Shown: positions 33,627 through 43,332, counted from the stretch's first letter. The stretch: 64,000 nucleotides of DNA from an uncultured Porphyromonadaceae bacterium (GCA_947175265.1 CAMWMD010000003.1:49804-113803), one strand, 5' to 3'. The notes: generated from the letters alone by a model not told the origin. Numbers and translations are program-made.

Positions 33627-36600
33627 GGGACTGAGCGCCCAATTGCGTACATTCTCAGGCACAGTGCTTGACGCTACCACAAATGAGCCTCTGATCGGTG
33701 TGACTGTCGCTCCCCAGGGAGGTGGCCAGGCCACAGCAACTGATGTAGAGGGAAAGTTCACAGTCAGAGTTCCTCAGAACGTAACCAAGGCCAAGTTTAC
33801 GTACGTCGGTTACAATCCCGCGACTGTAGATCTTCGTCCTGACATGAAGATCTATCTCCAGAGCACGGATGCGCAGCTTGACGAGATGGTGGTTGTGGCT
33901 TACGGTACGGCCTCCAAGGAATCATTGACCGGTTCGGTTGCCGTAGTCAACGAGAAGGAGATTGAGAAGCGTCCTGTATCAAGTGTCACTCAGGCACTCG
34001 AAGGTATGTCGCCCGGTGTGCAGGTGAACAGTTCTACAGGCACTCCCGGTTCTTCACCCTCCATCATTATCCGCGGTATCAACACCGTGAATGGTACTAC
34101 CGCCCCTCTCTACGTAGTTGACGGCGTTGTATATAACGGTGACGTCAGCGACATCAACCCAAATGACGTAGAAAACATCTCAGTGCTTAAGGATGCCGCT
34201 TCCTGCGCTCTTTACGGTGCGAAAGGTGCAAACGGCGTCGTGATGATCACTACCAAGCGTGCCAAAGGTGCAGGGCGTTGTGAAGTGACTCTCAAGATCC
34301 GTCAGGGTGCCTATACCCGCGCACTTCCGCAGTATGAGAGACTCGGCTACGACCAGTGGAACGAGACTATGCTGAGGGCTATCGCCAACGGTAACTACAC
34401 CGCCACGCTCGGCACAGACGATGCAGTGAGCCGCAAGGAGGCTCTGGAGCAGGCGATCCCCGGATTCTTCTCATCAGCAGGCGTGCTGAACCTCTATCGC
34501 ATGTATGATAAGGAGACAGGCAAATATTACGGCGACATCGAGGGTAGCGGATCAGACGTGTTTGATGATAACGGACACATCATCGCATCAATGATGCCGG
34601 GTTATACCGACCTTGACTGGTGGGATGCCATCGGACGTAACGGCTACCGTCAGGAGTATAACGTGAGCGCGACTGCGGCTACCGATAAATTCAATATTTT
34701 CGGTTCAGTAGGTTACCTCAGCGAGCAGGGTTACATCCAGAACAACGATTTCTCCCGTTGGAACGCACGTCTCCGCGGTGAATTCCAGCCCGTAAGTTTC
34801 CTAAAATTCGGTGCCAACGTAGGTGCTACAGTCCGTCAATCGGCCAACCCGCAGTTTGATAGCGACAACCTCAGCTCAACAAGCAACCCGTTCGCATATC
34901 AGACCACGGCTCCGGGTCTTCCATACTACGAGCATGACTGGAAGACAGGTGAGATAATCTATGAGGATGGCAGCCCGGTATGGAACACAATGAACGGTTA
35001 TGCCGCATTCACCAGCAACAAGGGATATATCCTCCGTGCCAACAGCGACAACACAGAGCGTCTGGCTATCGACGCCAACACATTCGGCACAATCTATCTC
35101 CCCTACGGATTTGATTTCACAGTGAGGGCATCAATGAACCGCTGGCGTCAGGAAGACACCGGCTACGACAGCCCCATCATCGGTTCGGCTCAGGGATTCG
35201 GTCGTCTGACAAAGTATTTCTATAACAACTATACCTACAACTTCCAGCAGACCATCAACTGGAGCAAGGAATATGGTCTACACCACATCGACGTGATGTT
35301 GAACCATGAGAACTACAGCCGTGCTTATGAGTATTCCACTGTGAAGAACAGGGATCAGCTTTTCCCCGACAAACTCTATCTGAGCAACTTCACAGAGAAC
35401 GAGAGCACAAGCGCATACGCTTACCGCTACCGCACCGAAAGTTATATGGGTCGCGCACGCTATAACTACAATCAGCAGTACTTCCTCGAACTCAGCCTTA
35501 ACCGCGACGGCTCAAGCCGTTTCGCAAAAGACAAGCGTTGGGGTACATTCTGGAGCGTCGGAGCAAGCTGGATCCTCACAAAGGAGAAGTTCCTCCAGGA
35601 CGTAAACTGGCTCGACTTCCTGAAACTCCGTCTATCTTACGGTACGGCAGGTAACGACTACACAAGTTTCGACGGGTCAACCACCTACTATCCCTACATG
35701 AACGCCTGGAGCAAGAGCTCACACACTCTCTACGGCAACCCCTCGATCTATCCGAACATCACGGGTAATCCCGATTTGCACTGGGAGTCGACAAAGACAC
35801 TTGACGTGGCTCTCGAGACAAACCTCTTCAACAACAGGCTTAATCTTTCTGTAGGCTACTTCCTCCGCACCAACAGCGACCTTATCTATGAGGTGTCACA
35901 GGCTCCGTCAAACGGTATCAACGTAGATGGCGGCTACATGACCATCATCAAGAATATCGGCGACATGCACAACTGGGGCTGGGAAATCGCAGTAGGCGGA
36001 ACCCTTATCCGCACCCGCGACTGGACCTGGGATATGAGCGTTGACGCGACATTCATCAAGAATAAGATTGACAAACTTCCCGCCGGCAACACCTGGAACT
36101 CACCCCGCGCACTTATCGAGGGTAAGAGCCGTTACGAATGGTATATGCCTACATGGGCAGGTGTGGATATGATGACCGGTAACTCTCTCTATGAGATCAA
36201 CCCGTGCCATAAGTTCGAGAGCGAGCAGTTTGACGATAACGGCAACTCACTCGGCTGGGCGTTTGATGAGAAGAAATGGCAGTCAAACCTTGACAATGCA
36301 GCGGAGAACAACGCGCTTGTTCAGATTGGCGACAAGTATTATACCACCAACAGTTCTTATGCTTCCAACGATTTCCAGGGCACTTCCCTGCCGACTGTCA
36401 CAGGTTCATTCGGCACCAACCTCCGTTGGAGAGACCTCAGCCTCGGTCTGTTGTTCACATACGCACTCGGCGGTAAGACACTTGACTCCACCTACACCAC
36501 CCTCATGGGCACAAGTGCAGGTGGCGCCCTCCACAAGGATATCCTCAACAGTTGGACAGCAGATATGGCAGAAGGTATCAGCGAAGACAGCCCGAACCGT

Positions 36601-36909
36601 ATCAACCCCGACATCAATCCTGAGGTGAACATCACCACTTCCGCATCAAACAACTCCGGCACCAACAGCCGTTGGCTTGTTTCGAACAACTATCTCGCAC
36701 TGAAGAACGTCAATGTGAACTATGATCTTCCCAAGACCTGGATGCAGGCCATCCACCTCAAGGGTATGAGCCTCGGCTTCTCAATCGACAATGTATTCAT
36801 TGCAACCAAGCGCAAGGGTATGAACCCGCGTTACAGCAGCGCAGGTGGACAGGGCAATTACTTCGTGGCTTCACGCGTATATGCCTTCGAACTTACCGCA
36901 CGTTTCTAA
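33580..36909 (+). CDS. SusC/RagA-family TonB-dependent outer-membrane transporter (pair 4)
   Basis: 1109 aa. The first ~100 aa are almost identical to the divergent gene at 29361..32372. It has a plug (LYGAKGANGVVMITTKR) and ends ...ELTARF. Confidence 0.95.
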   Translation: MRRLFFIMMAVLACTLGLSAQLRTFSGTVLDATTNEPLIGVTVAPQGGGQATATDVEGKFTVRVPQNVTKAKFTYVGYNPATVDLRPDMKIYLQSTDAQLDEMVVVAYGTASKESLTGSVAVVNEKEIEKRPVSSVTQALEGMSPGVQVNSSTGTPGSSPSIIIRGINTVNGTTAPLYVVDGVVYNGDVSDINPNDVENISVLKDAASCALYGAKGANGVVMITTKRAKGAGRCEVTLKIRQGAYTRALPQYERLGYDQWNETMLRAIANGNYTATLGTDDAVSRKEALEQAIPGFFSSAGVLNLYRMYDKETGKYYGDIEGSGSDVFDDNGHIIASMMPGYTDLDWWDAIGRNGYRQEYNVSATAATDKFNIFGSVGYLSEQGYIQNNDFSRWNARLRGEFQPVSFLKFGANVGATVRQSANPQFDSDNLSSTSNPFAYQTTAPGLPYYEHDWKTGEIIYEDGSPVWNTMNGYAAFTSNKGYILRANSDNTERLAIDANTFGTIYLPYGFDFTVRASMNRWRQEDTGYDSPIIGSAQGFGRLTKYFYNNYTYNFQQTINWSKEYGLHHIDVMLNHENYSRAYEYSTVKNRDQLFPDKLYLSNFTENESTSAYAYRYRTESYMGRARYNYNQQYFLELSLNRDGSSRFAKDKRWGTFWSVGASWILTKEKFLQDVNWLDFLKLRLSYGTAGNDYTSFDGSTTYYPYMNAWSKSSHTLYGNPSIYPNITGNPDLHWESTKTLDVALETNLFNNRLNLSVGYFLRTNSDLIYEVSQAPSNGINVDGGYMTIIKNIGDMHNWGWEIAVGGTLIRTRDWTWDMSVDATFIKNKIDKLPAGNTWNSPRALIEGKSRYEWYMPTWAGVDMMTGNSLYEINPCHKFESEQFDDNGNSLGWAFDEKKWQSNLDNAAENNALVQIGDKYYTTNSSYASNDFQGTSLPTVTGSFGTNLRWRDLSLGLLFTYALGGKTLDSTYTTLMGTSAGGALHKDILNSWTADMAEGISEDSPNRINPDINPEVNITTSASNNSGTNSRWLVSNNYLALKNVNVNYDLPKTWMQAIHLKGMSLGFSIDNVFIATKRKGMNPRYSSAGGQGNYFVASRVYAFELTARF

Positions 36910-36934
36910 TCACACTTAACAGACGACAACTATC

Positions 36935-38662
36935 ATGAAGAAAAATATAATTATCAGCAGTGCGCTTGCAGTGATGATGCTTCCGGCAATGGTAAGTTGC
37001 GGCAGTGACTACCTTCAGGAAGAGCCGTTGACAGGTATTTCTGACAATACCGTCAACGCCTCCGAAGCGGGAGCCGATGCCGCTGTCACAGGCCTTGCCC
37101 GTCAGATGTCAACTCAGCTTCCCGATCTGAAGAACGGTAACATCAACTTTAACGGAGAACTATCCGCCCGCACAGTCTACGGCGAGGGCCTTAGCCCGGA
37201 TGCCAATTTCGCGGAGATATCATATTACTCCACCGGCGCCACCAATCCCTCCAACTTCCGTACGCTGAACGGCTGGTGGGCAGCCTGGATGTACCGCTAT
37301 TGCTATTCCCTCGTGTATCTCTCGAACACTATCCTCTCTTCAGTGCCTGAGGAGGGAGAGCTTTCCGAGAATGAAAACTGGATGAAAGCATGTGCGCTCA
37401 CATTCCGCGCACACGCCTACTACCGTCTCATGCAGGTGTATGGTCCGCGCTGGATAGATTCCAAGAATGGTGAGGAATATTGCCTTGTGCTCCGTCTGAA
37501 AGCCAATCAGCCTAACGAGGCTCCTCTGAATACCTGCAACGAGGTGTATGACCAGATGTACAAGGATCTCAAGGAGGCTATAGAATTGTTCAAGCATGTA
37601 CCGGAGAACCGTGCAGACCGAGGCGACAACCTGTTCTATCCCGATGCAAGTGTGGCAAAAGGTATCTTGGCACGCCTTGCAATGCTGAAGAACGATTACA
37701 GAACTGCCCAGGAGATGGCACATGAGGCACGTCAGGGTTATCCCCTGATGACTGCCAAGGAGTATCTCAACGGTTTCTCCACCACCTGCAAGGGTTGGAT
37801 GTGGGCTCCCGCAATGGATCCTCTGGGTATCTACTATTGGGGATTCGGCCCTCACTACGCTTGCAACGGCCACTACGTGATAAGTTGGGGTTACACCACC
37901 AATATGGACTGGAACCTCTACAACCAGATGAGTGCAACCGATGTGCGCACACGCCTATATTTCGGTCCTCACGTAGTGGACTACGAGCCTGAACTGGCTG
38001 AGGAATTTGGCGTGACAAAAGAGGATTTCTACACTGTTCCTACCTCTACACCGCGTGCTACACTGTCAATCACCGGTTCAGGCGACAAGCCCAAGGGGAT
38101 GAATCTCGCAATGTGGAACTTTATAAAGGCTTACGGCAAGACTTTCGCCTCCAACCGTCCGCTTGACATCAAGGGTATCTACCTCACCAACAAGTATGGT
38201 ATGGGTCTCGGCTGCCAGTTTAAGTTCCAGGGTCTTGACGACGGATACACATCCTGCTGGCCTCCCTACATGCGCTCTGAGGAGATGCTCCTCACAGAGG
38301 CTGAGGCTGCCTACATGAACGGTGATGTGGCCACTGCCGAAAGTTGCATCAAGGAACTCATGGCTGTCCGTGACGAGTCTTACAATCTTACCGCTACAGG
38401 CGATGCCCTTCTGGCGGAAATCAAACTTCAGAGGAAGATCGAACTCTGGGGTGAAGGTTTCAGCTGGTTCGACTACAAGCGTTGGAACGACGTCATCGAC
38501 AGAAAAACATGGAAGGCTGACGATGCCGACAACTGCGGTAACTGGCCCTCCAAGTATGCCAAGAAGTATGAGCCTACTTTCATGAATGGTTGGCGTGCCG
38601 CCATTCCTCAGGGTGAGTTCACTTATAATAAGATGGCAGACCAGAGTCTCCTCGGTCTCTAA
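36935..38662 (+). CDS. SusD/RagB-family nutrient-binding lipoprotein (pair 4)
   Basis: 575 aa with lipobox AMVSCGS and the signature LQRKIELWGEGFSWFDYKRWN. Confidence 0.9.
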   Translation: MKKNIIISSALAVMMLPAMVSCGSDYLQEEPLTGISDNTVNASEAGADAAVTGLARQMSTQLPDLKNGNINFNGELSARTVYGEGLSPDANFAEISYYSTGATNPSNFRTLNGWWAAWMYRYCYSLVYLSNTILSSVPEEGELSENENWMKACALTFRAHAYYRLMQVYGPRWIDSKNGEEYCLVLRLKANQPNEAPLNTCNEVYDQMYKDLKEAIELFKHVPENRADRGDNLFYPDASVAKGILARLAMLKNDYRTAQEMAHEARQGYPLMTAKEYLNGFSTTCKGWMWAPAMDPLGIYYWGFGPHYACNGHYVISWGYTTNMDWNLYNQMSATDVRTRLYFGPHVVDYEPELAEEFGVTKEDFYTVPTSTPRATLSITGSGDKPKGMNLAMWNFIKAYGKTFASNRPLDIKGIYLTNKYGMGLGCQFKFQGLDDGYTSCWPPYMRSEEMLLTEAEAAYMNGDVATAESCIKELMAVRDESYNLTATGDALLAEIKLQRKIELWGEGFSWFDYKRWNDVIDRKTWKADDADNCGNWPSKYAKKYEPTFMNGWRAAIPQGEFTYNKMADQSLLGL

Positions 38663-38689
38663 TCTCCTATCGTAGCATAATAAAAACAG

Positions 38690-38736
38690 AAAGGGCTGCC
38701 TGACCTTTGATTGTCAGGCAGCCCTTTCCGTTTTTA
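38690..38736. terminator. Bidirectional terminator between convergent susD (pair 4) and the COG0523 gene
   Basis: A 15-bp perfect stem (AAAGGGCTGCCTGAC / GTCAGGCAGCCCTTT) is followed by CCGTTTTTA. Confidence 0.85.
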
Positions 38737-38775
38737 TATTAATCGAAGATTGTTGATACTCCGAATGGATAATCG

Positions 38776-40053
38776 TCACGCCAGACAAGCGTCAAGGGCG
38801 GCGGTTATCTCTGCTTTGTCGAGGTTTTGACCGATGAATACGAGTTTCTGCATACGGTCGCCATATTCCTCGTCCCAGTCGCGTGCGAGACCCGGTTCCG
38901 TAGCGAGCATACGCATGAGTTCATCCTCGGGGGCGGTGGCATACCATAGGCCGGCCTCGGAGAGTTTCTTCTGGATGCCCGCTTGTTCGAAGAGATAAGA
39001 CATATCCGTATTGTCGCTGAAATAGCATACCCCCTTTGAACGGATTACGTTCTTAGGCCAGTGTTTTGCGACGAAATAGTCGAACTTGTTTATGTCGAAC
39101 GGACGGCGGCGGAAGTAGACGAATGTGCCGATGCCATACTCCTCGGCCTCACCCTCACCGTGATGGTGGTGATGATGGTGGTGGTGGCATACTCCATGCT
39201 CATGATCACAGTCCGAATGGTCTTCATGTTCATGCTCATGTTCATGCTCATGTTGATGACCGTGATGGTGCTCATGTTCGTGTTCATGCTCGTGGTGATG
39301 CTCCTCCTTCTCGATCTCTTCAATAGGCTTCTCTATCTCCTGAATCCATGTTGCGGAGGTGACGGTGTTGTCAAAGTTGAAGAGGTGGGTGTCGAGAATC
39401 TTGTTGAGGTCAAACTCGCAATAATCGCATTCTATTATCTCCGCTTTCGGCTGAAGGGCGCGTATCACCTTGCGTATATGCGCGGCCTCTTCGGGAGAGA
39501 CCTCAGAGATTTTGTTAAGCACGATGATGTTGCAGAACTCTATCTGCTGTATTACGAGGCTTTCTATATCCTCTTCCCCGATATTGGGGGCTGTCAGGCG
39601 GTCGCCCTTTTCAAATTCGCTTTTAAGGCGCAGGGCGTCGACTACGGTCACTATGCAGTCAAGCACAGGGACACCGTGGCGCACGAGATTCGGCGCCATG
39701 ATCGGCATCGAGCAGATGGTCTGCGCGATAGGTTCCGGCTCGCAGATTCCGCTTGCCTCAATGACGATATAATTGAAGTCGCCCTCGGTGAGGTCGGATA
39801 GTTGCTGCATTAGGTCGGTCTTCAGGGTGCAGCAGATGCAACCGTTCTGAAGAGCCACGAGGGAGTCGTCGTTCCCCCCGACGATGCCACCCTTGGCTAT
39901 AAGGTCGGCATCAATGTTCACCTCACCGATGTCGTTTACGATTACCGCAAACTTGATACCCTTCCTGTTGTTGAGTATCCGGTTGAGGAGAGTCGTTTTC
40001 CCGCTTCCAAGATAACCGGTGAGCAGGAGTACCGGTGTCTGTTTAACATTCAT
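38776..40053 (-). CDS. COG0523-family (CobW/ZigA/YeiR-like) metal-chaperone GTPase with long His-rich insert
   Basis: It has P-loop GYLGSGKTTLLN, the metal-binding CxCC motif (NGCICCT) and a ~50-aa His-rich segment (EEHHHEHEHEHEHHHGHQHEHEHEHEHEDHSDCDHEHGVCHHHHHHHHHGEGE). Confidence 0.9.
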   Translation of the reverse strand: MNVKQTPVLLLTGYLGSGKTTLLNRILNNRKGIKFAVIVNDIGEVNIDADLIAKGGIVGGNDDSLVALQNGCICCTLKTDLMQQLSDLTEGDFNYIVIEASGICEPEPIAQTICSMPIMAPNLVRHGVPVLDCIVTVVDALRLKSEFEKGDRLTAPNIGEEDIESLVIQQIEFCNIIVLNKISEVSPEEAAHIRKVIRALQPKAEIIECDYCEFDLNKILDTHLFNFDNTVTSATWIQEIEKPIEEIEKEEHHHEHEHEHEHHHGHQHEHEHEHEHEDHSDCDHEHGVCHHHHHHHHHGEGEAEEYGIGTFVYFRRRPFDINKFDYFVAKHWPKNVIRSKGVCYFSDNTDMSYLFEQAGIQKKLSEAGLWYATAPEDELMRMLATEPGLARDWDEEYGDRMQKLVFIGQNLDKAEITAALDACLA

Positions 40054-40107
40054 ATCTAAAAGGAATTGTTGTCGTGAAACGTGTCGGCGGATTACGGACT
40101 GTACCCG

Positions 40108-40617
40108 TTATTCCACCGTACCGAGATATTCGTTTATCTCCTTAATGTGCTGTGATGCCTCGGTGATGGTATAGGGGAGTTCCACCATCTGAGTCACCTT
40201 TGCACCCGGAATAATCGATTTCAGCAATTGCTCCACGGAGGGGACCTGTGGGAGTTGTGAGTAATCGGAGAAAGTGTAGGAGGTGAATACGGAATTTGAA
40301 CTGATTCCCTGCCTGTTGAGCCACCAACCCCCTTCGAGTTCAAGAGGTGCTGATTTCTCGGAGATGTCAGAGGGGGCAGGATAGTATATCAGGGAGGTTC
40401 CGTTTCCGGGTGTTATCGCCACGTTTTGAGAGTAGTCGCCGCTCATGCGGAATGCAGTGGCTTTCGGCATAGATGCTTTCGTCTCGGAACCGACCACGAG
40501 CATCGGTTTGCGATAGACAGGTGCCTGAGAAGGCACAGCGTGGATGTGGGTCTTGGGAGCGCACGAGGTTATCACTGCCATGAGAGGGAGAGTATAAAAC
40601 AGATTTGTTATTTTCAT
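40108..40617 (-). CDS. Small lipoprotein of unknown function
   Basis: 169 aa with lipobox AVITSCAPK. It sits between the porin-like gene and the COG0523 gene on the same strand, with 19- and 54-nt gaps. Confidence 0.6.
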   Translation of the reverse strand: MKITNLFYTLPLMAVITSCAPKTHIHAVPSQAPVYRKPMLVVGSETKASMPKATAFRMSGDYSQNVAITPGNGTSLIYYPAPSDISEKSAPLELEGGWWLNRQGISSNSVFTSYTFSDYSQLPQVPSVEQLLKSIIPGAKVTQMVELPYTITEASQHIKEINEYLGTVE

Positions 40618-40636
40618 AATTATATAATATTCGTTG

Positions 40637-41935
40637 TTAGAAACTTACCTTGAGCATCGCCTCGATACGGTTGTCGTGGGCCTGCGTGCCGCTATAGTCA
40701 ACACGCCTTCCGTAAAGGTATTCGGCACCGACCTGGACGATGCTGTTGATATTATAGAAAATATTGGCCACGGCATACTGGGCATACTTATATCCGGTTT
40801 TCCAGTCGGAAGAAGCGTCGGAATAGGGATGGTCGTAATTGCGGACATGACTGTATGCGAGTGTGCAGAAGCACTTAGGGGAGAAATTATACTGGAATCC
40901 ACCATAGGCACCCCAGACTTCAACAGGTTTCAAGGCACTGCTGTTTGTGGGGTCGGGCATGAGGTCCATTCCTGTCCCGTTCAGATCCTGGATGTAGCTT
41001 GCCACACCTTTGCCATATACGGCCTGCCAATAGGCGGTCAGTCCGCCGACAATAGGTGATGTTCCGCTGGTCTTGATACCCCAACCTACTACATCAATAT
41101 TCTTTTCGGCCGTGAGGTTCCTGTAATATAGATTACGGATAATTGCCGAGAGGCGTAACCATCCGCTTCCGCCGGCCCAATTCTTCTGTATGTAGAATGG
41201 TATGTCGGGAAGACGTTGAGTGACGGTTTCCGTATTATCGGCGTTGGTGAACGAGTTGGCGGGCATATCCAGACCAATACCGGCTTTCCAACCGGCGTTT
41301 TTACCGAAAGTGCGTTCGTAGGCAATCATTCCGTGGGTGAGGCATGTGAATGCGTTGGGACCCTCATAATCGATCGTTGTCGGTGCAGCGCCGGTATCGG
41401 TGAATACGGAATATGTGTAACCGGCCGTGATTCCACGGTATTTCAGATAAGCATGGTTCAGGGCCGGGGCATAGTTGTTGCCCACAAAGTTGATGGAGAC
41501 ATACGCTCCCAGCTGGTTTGACGAGCCGGGGAGAGCCACCACGTTCAGGTAGATGTTGCTCTGTTGTGCAGTGAATGTGAAGCGTCCGCCATTACCGGGA
41601 CTCTTGGTCATAGGTATTCCGGAGGTGGCGAAAGTGAACGCGTTGGGCACGGGGTTCCCGAAATCGTAAACAGCCTCGGTGAAGATATTGGCACCGATAC
41701 CCATATAGAATTTCCCTTCCTTACCGAGCATCGCGAACCTGGGGACATCCGGCACATTGTAGATGTGGGGGGCGTTCTGGTGCATGGTCTCATAGATGGA
41801 GTCGCCCGGCTCCATCATTTTTATTCCCCCTTCGTGGAGATGACTTGACGGATGGGTGTGGGAGGGGATGGAATCCTGGGCCGAAACCGACATTGAGACC
41901 GGGAGGAGGATGTGGAGCAGTAGGGATTTATTCAT
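40637..41935 (-). CDS. Porin-like outer-membrane beta-barrel protein with His-rich mature N-terminus
   Basis: 432 aa with a signal peptide (SVSAQDS). The mature N-terminus reads IPSHTHPSSHLHEGG. It has a beta-strand pattern and ends in the aromatic ...AMLKVSF. Confidence 0.7.
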   Translation of the reverse strand: MNKSLLLHILLPVSMSVSAQDSIPSHTHPSSHLHEGGIKMMEPGDSIYETMHQNAPHIYNVPDVPRFAMLGKEGKFYMGIGANIFTEAVYDFGNPVPNAFTFATSGIPMTKSPGNGGRFTFTAQQSNIYLNVVALPGSSNQLGAYVSINFVGNNYAPALNHAYLKYRGITAGYTYSVFTDTGAAPTTIDYEGPNAFTCLTHGMIAYERTFGKNAGWKAGIGLDMPANSFTNADNTETVTQRLPDIPFYIQKNWAGGSGWLRLSAIIRNLYYRNLTAEKNIDVVGWGIKTSGTSPIVGGLTAYWQAVYGKGVASYIQDLNGTGMDLMPDPTNSSALKPVEVWGAYGGFQYNFSPKCFCTLAYSHVRNYDHPYSDASSDWKTGYKYAQYAVANIFYNINSIVQVGAEYLYGRRVDYSGTQAHDNRIEAMLKVSF

Positions 41936-42020
41936 AATATTCTGGGCTTACGTTCTAAAGGTATAACAGAAAAAATGATTTTAAGTTTTTGCCTCACGAG
42001 GGGGATGCCGTAAAGGAAGA

Positions 42021-42050
42021 AGGAAAGGTGACCCTAAGACCACCTTTCCT
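42021..42050 (-). terminator. Hairpin downstream of the MFS gene (minus strand)
   Basis: A 10-bp stem (AGGAAAGGTG / CACCTTTCCT) is followed by a T-rich but interrupted tract on the minus strand. Confidence 0.5.
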
Positions 42051-42093
42051 AAAATTCTTATAATGATTCCTGCATAAGGCGCGCCCTCCCATA

Positions 42094-43332
42094 TCATGAC
42101 TGATAGTAGGATTTGCTGATGGAGAATGCGAATTTCTTTCTGAACAGATATGTTATCACCGTGTATCCGATGAGGAGCACGAAGCAGACGATGAATGCGA
42201 AAGTCTTCACATGGCCGGCATGGAGCAGGGAGCGGAGGCCGTCGATAATGAACGGGCTGAGCACTATTGCTGAATAATTGGCCGAGAGCACGAGAGCGAG
42301 AGCCATCGTAGCCTTGTTCTCCGAACTAACCGCGAGGCTTGCCTTGTCATAGAGAAGCGGCTGACCGAGACCGTATCCGAATCCGGCGAGGGCAGCGCCC
42401 ACACACATCGTGGCATCTCCCGGCACAAATGCGAACAGCGCAAGGCCTATGAGCATCGTCACGGCACCCCAGAAGAATGTGTAGCCCTTGAGATACTTCA
42501 ATATGAAGGGTAGGGCATACCCCGGTATGAGGATGAAGAGGAAGTAGATAGCCGTCACTGTGCCTGTGATAGAATCGCTCCAGTGTTCTTTCTCAACCAG
42601 GAACGGGCAATAATAGGAGATGGAGATAGAGGCGAATGTGATGAAGAAATATACTGCGAAGAGTGAGACTATCTTCCCTACATAGAAACCGTCATGAGCC
42701 GGAGCGGAGGGCGTGGCCTGAGCGACTTGCTGTGTTGTGGAAGCCTGTGAGGATGTGTCGTTCTTGGGGATGGTGCGCAGCCACCATGTCAGGGCGAGCG
42801 GGATGAGGCAGACGAGATATACCACGAAGGGGAGATGCCAGTTGCCGGAACTCAGCCAGCCGACGACGAATGTGGCCACGACGAGTGCCGAGTTGGAGAT
42901 ACCAGACTGGAGACCCATCTGCGACATACGGTATTTTCCGGAGAAAGTGTCGGCGATAAGACCTGTGGAGAAGGGGATGAGCAGCCCGGCACCGCAACCG
43001 AGCAGACAGCTTATGATGATGAGTTGGGTCATGCTCGTGGCAAACATATACCATACGGAGCATGCGGCGAAGAGTATCAGACCGCTCACGACGATGGAGA
43101 TCTTATGCTTCGATAGGGAAAGTTTTCCGGAGAATAGGATAAACGGGATTATGAGAAGGTTGGGCAAGACTGTCAGCAACTGTTTCTCAAGTTGGGACGT
43201 GTCAGGAAATATCTTTGACAATGTGCCGAGCATAGGTGTGACGGCGAGTCCCGGAAGATTCACGATCAGGGATATCGACATGATGGCGGCGTAGGTCATC
43301 AATGTGATGGGTGTTTTACCGGTCTTAATCAT
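42094..43332 (-). CDS. MFS transporter
   Basis: There are about 12 TM segments from MIKTGKTPITLMTYAAIM.... The tracked ORF extends to 43575, but that extension overlaps the gadC 3' end and crosses two terminator hairpins, so I use the Met at 43332. Confidence 0.75.
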   Translation of the reverse strand: MIKTGKTPITLMTYAAIMSISLIVNLPGLAVTPMLGTLSKIFPDTSQLEKQLLTVLPNLLIIPFILFSGKLSLSKHKISIVVSGLILFAACSVWYMFATSMTQLIIISCLLGCGAGLLIPFSTGLIADTFSGKYRMSQMGLQSGISNSALVVATFVVGWLSSGNWHLPFVVYLVCLIPLALTWWLRTIPKNDTSSQASTTQQVAQATPSAPAHDGFYVGKIVSLFAVYFFITFASISISYYCPFLVEKEHWSDSITGTVTAIYFLFILIPGYALPFILKYLKGYTFFWGAVTMLIGLALFAFVPGDATMCVGAALAGFGYGLGQPLLYDKASLAVSSENKATMALALVLSANYSAIVLSPFIIDGLRSLLHAGHVKTFAFIVCFVLLIGYTVITYLFRKKFAFSISKSYYQS

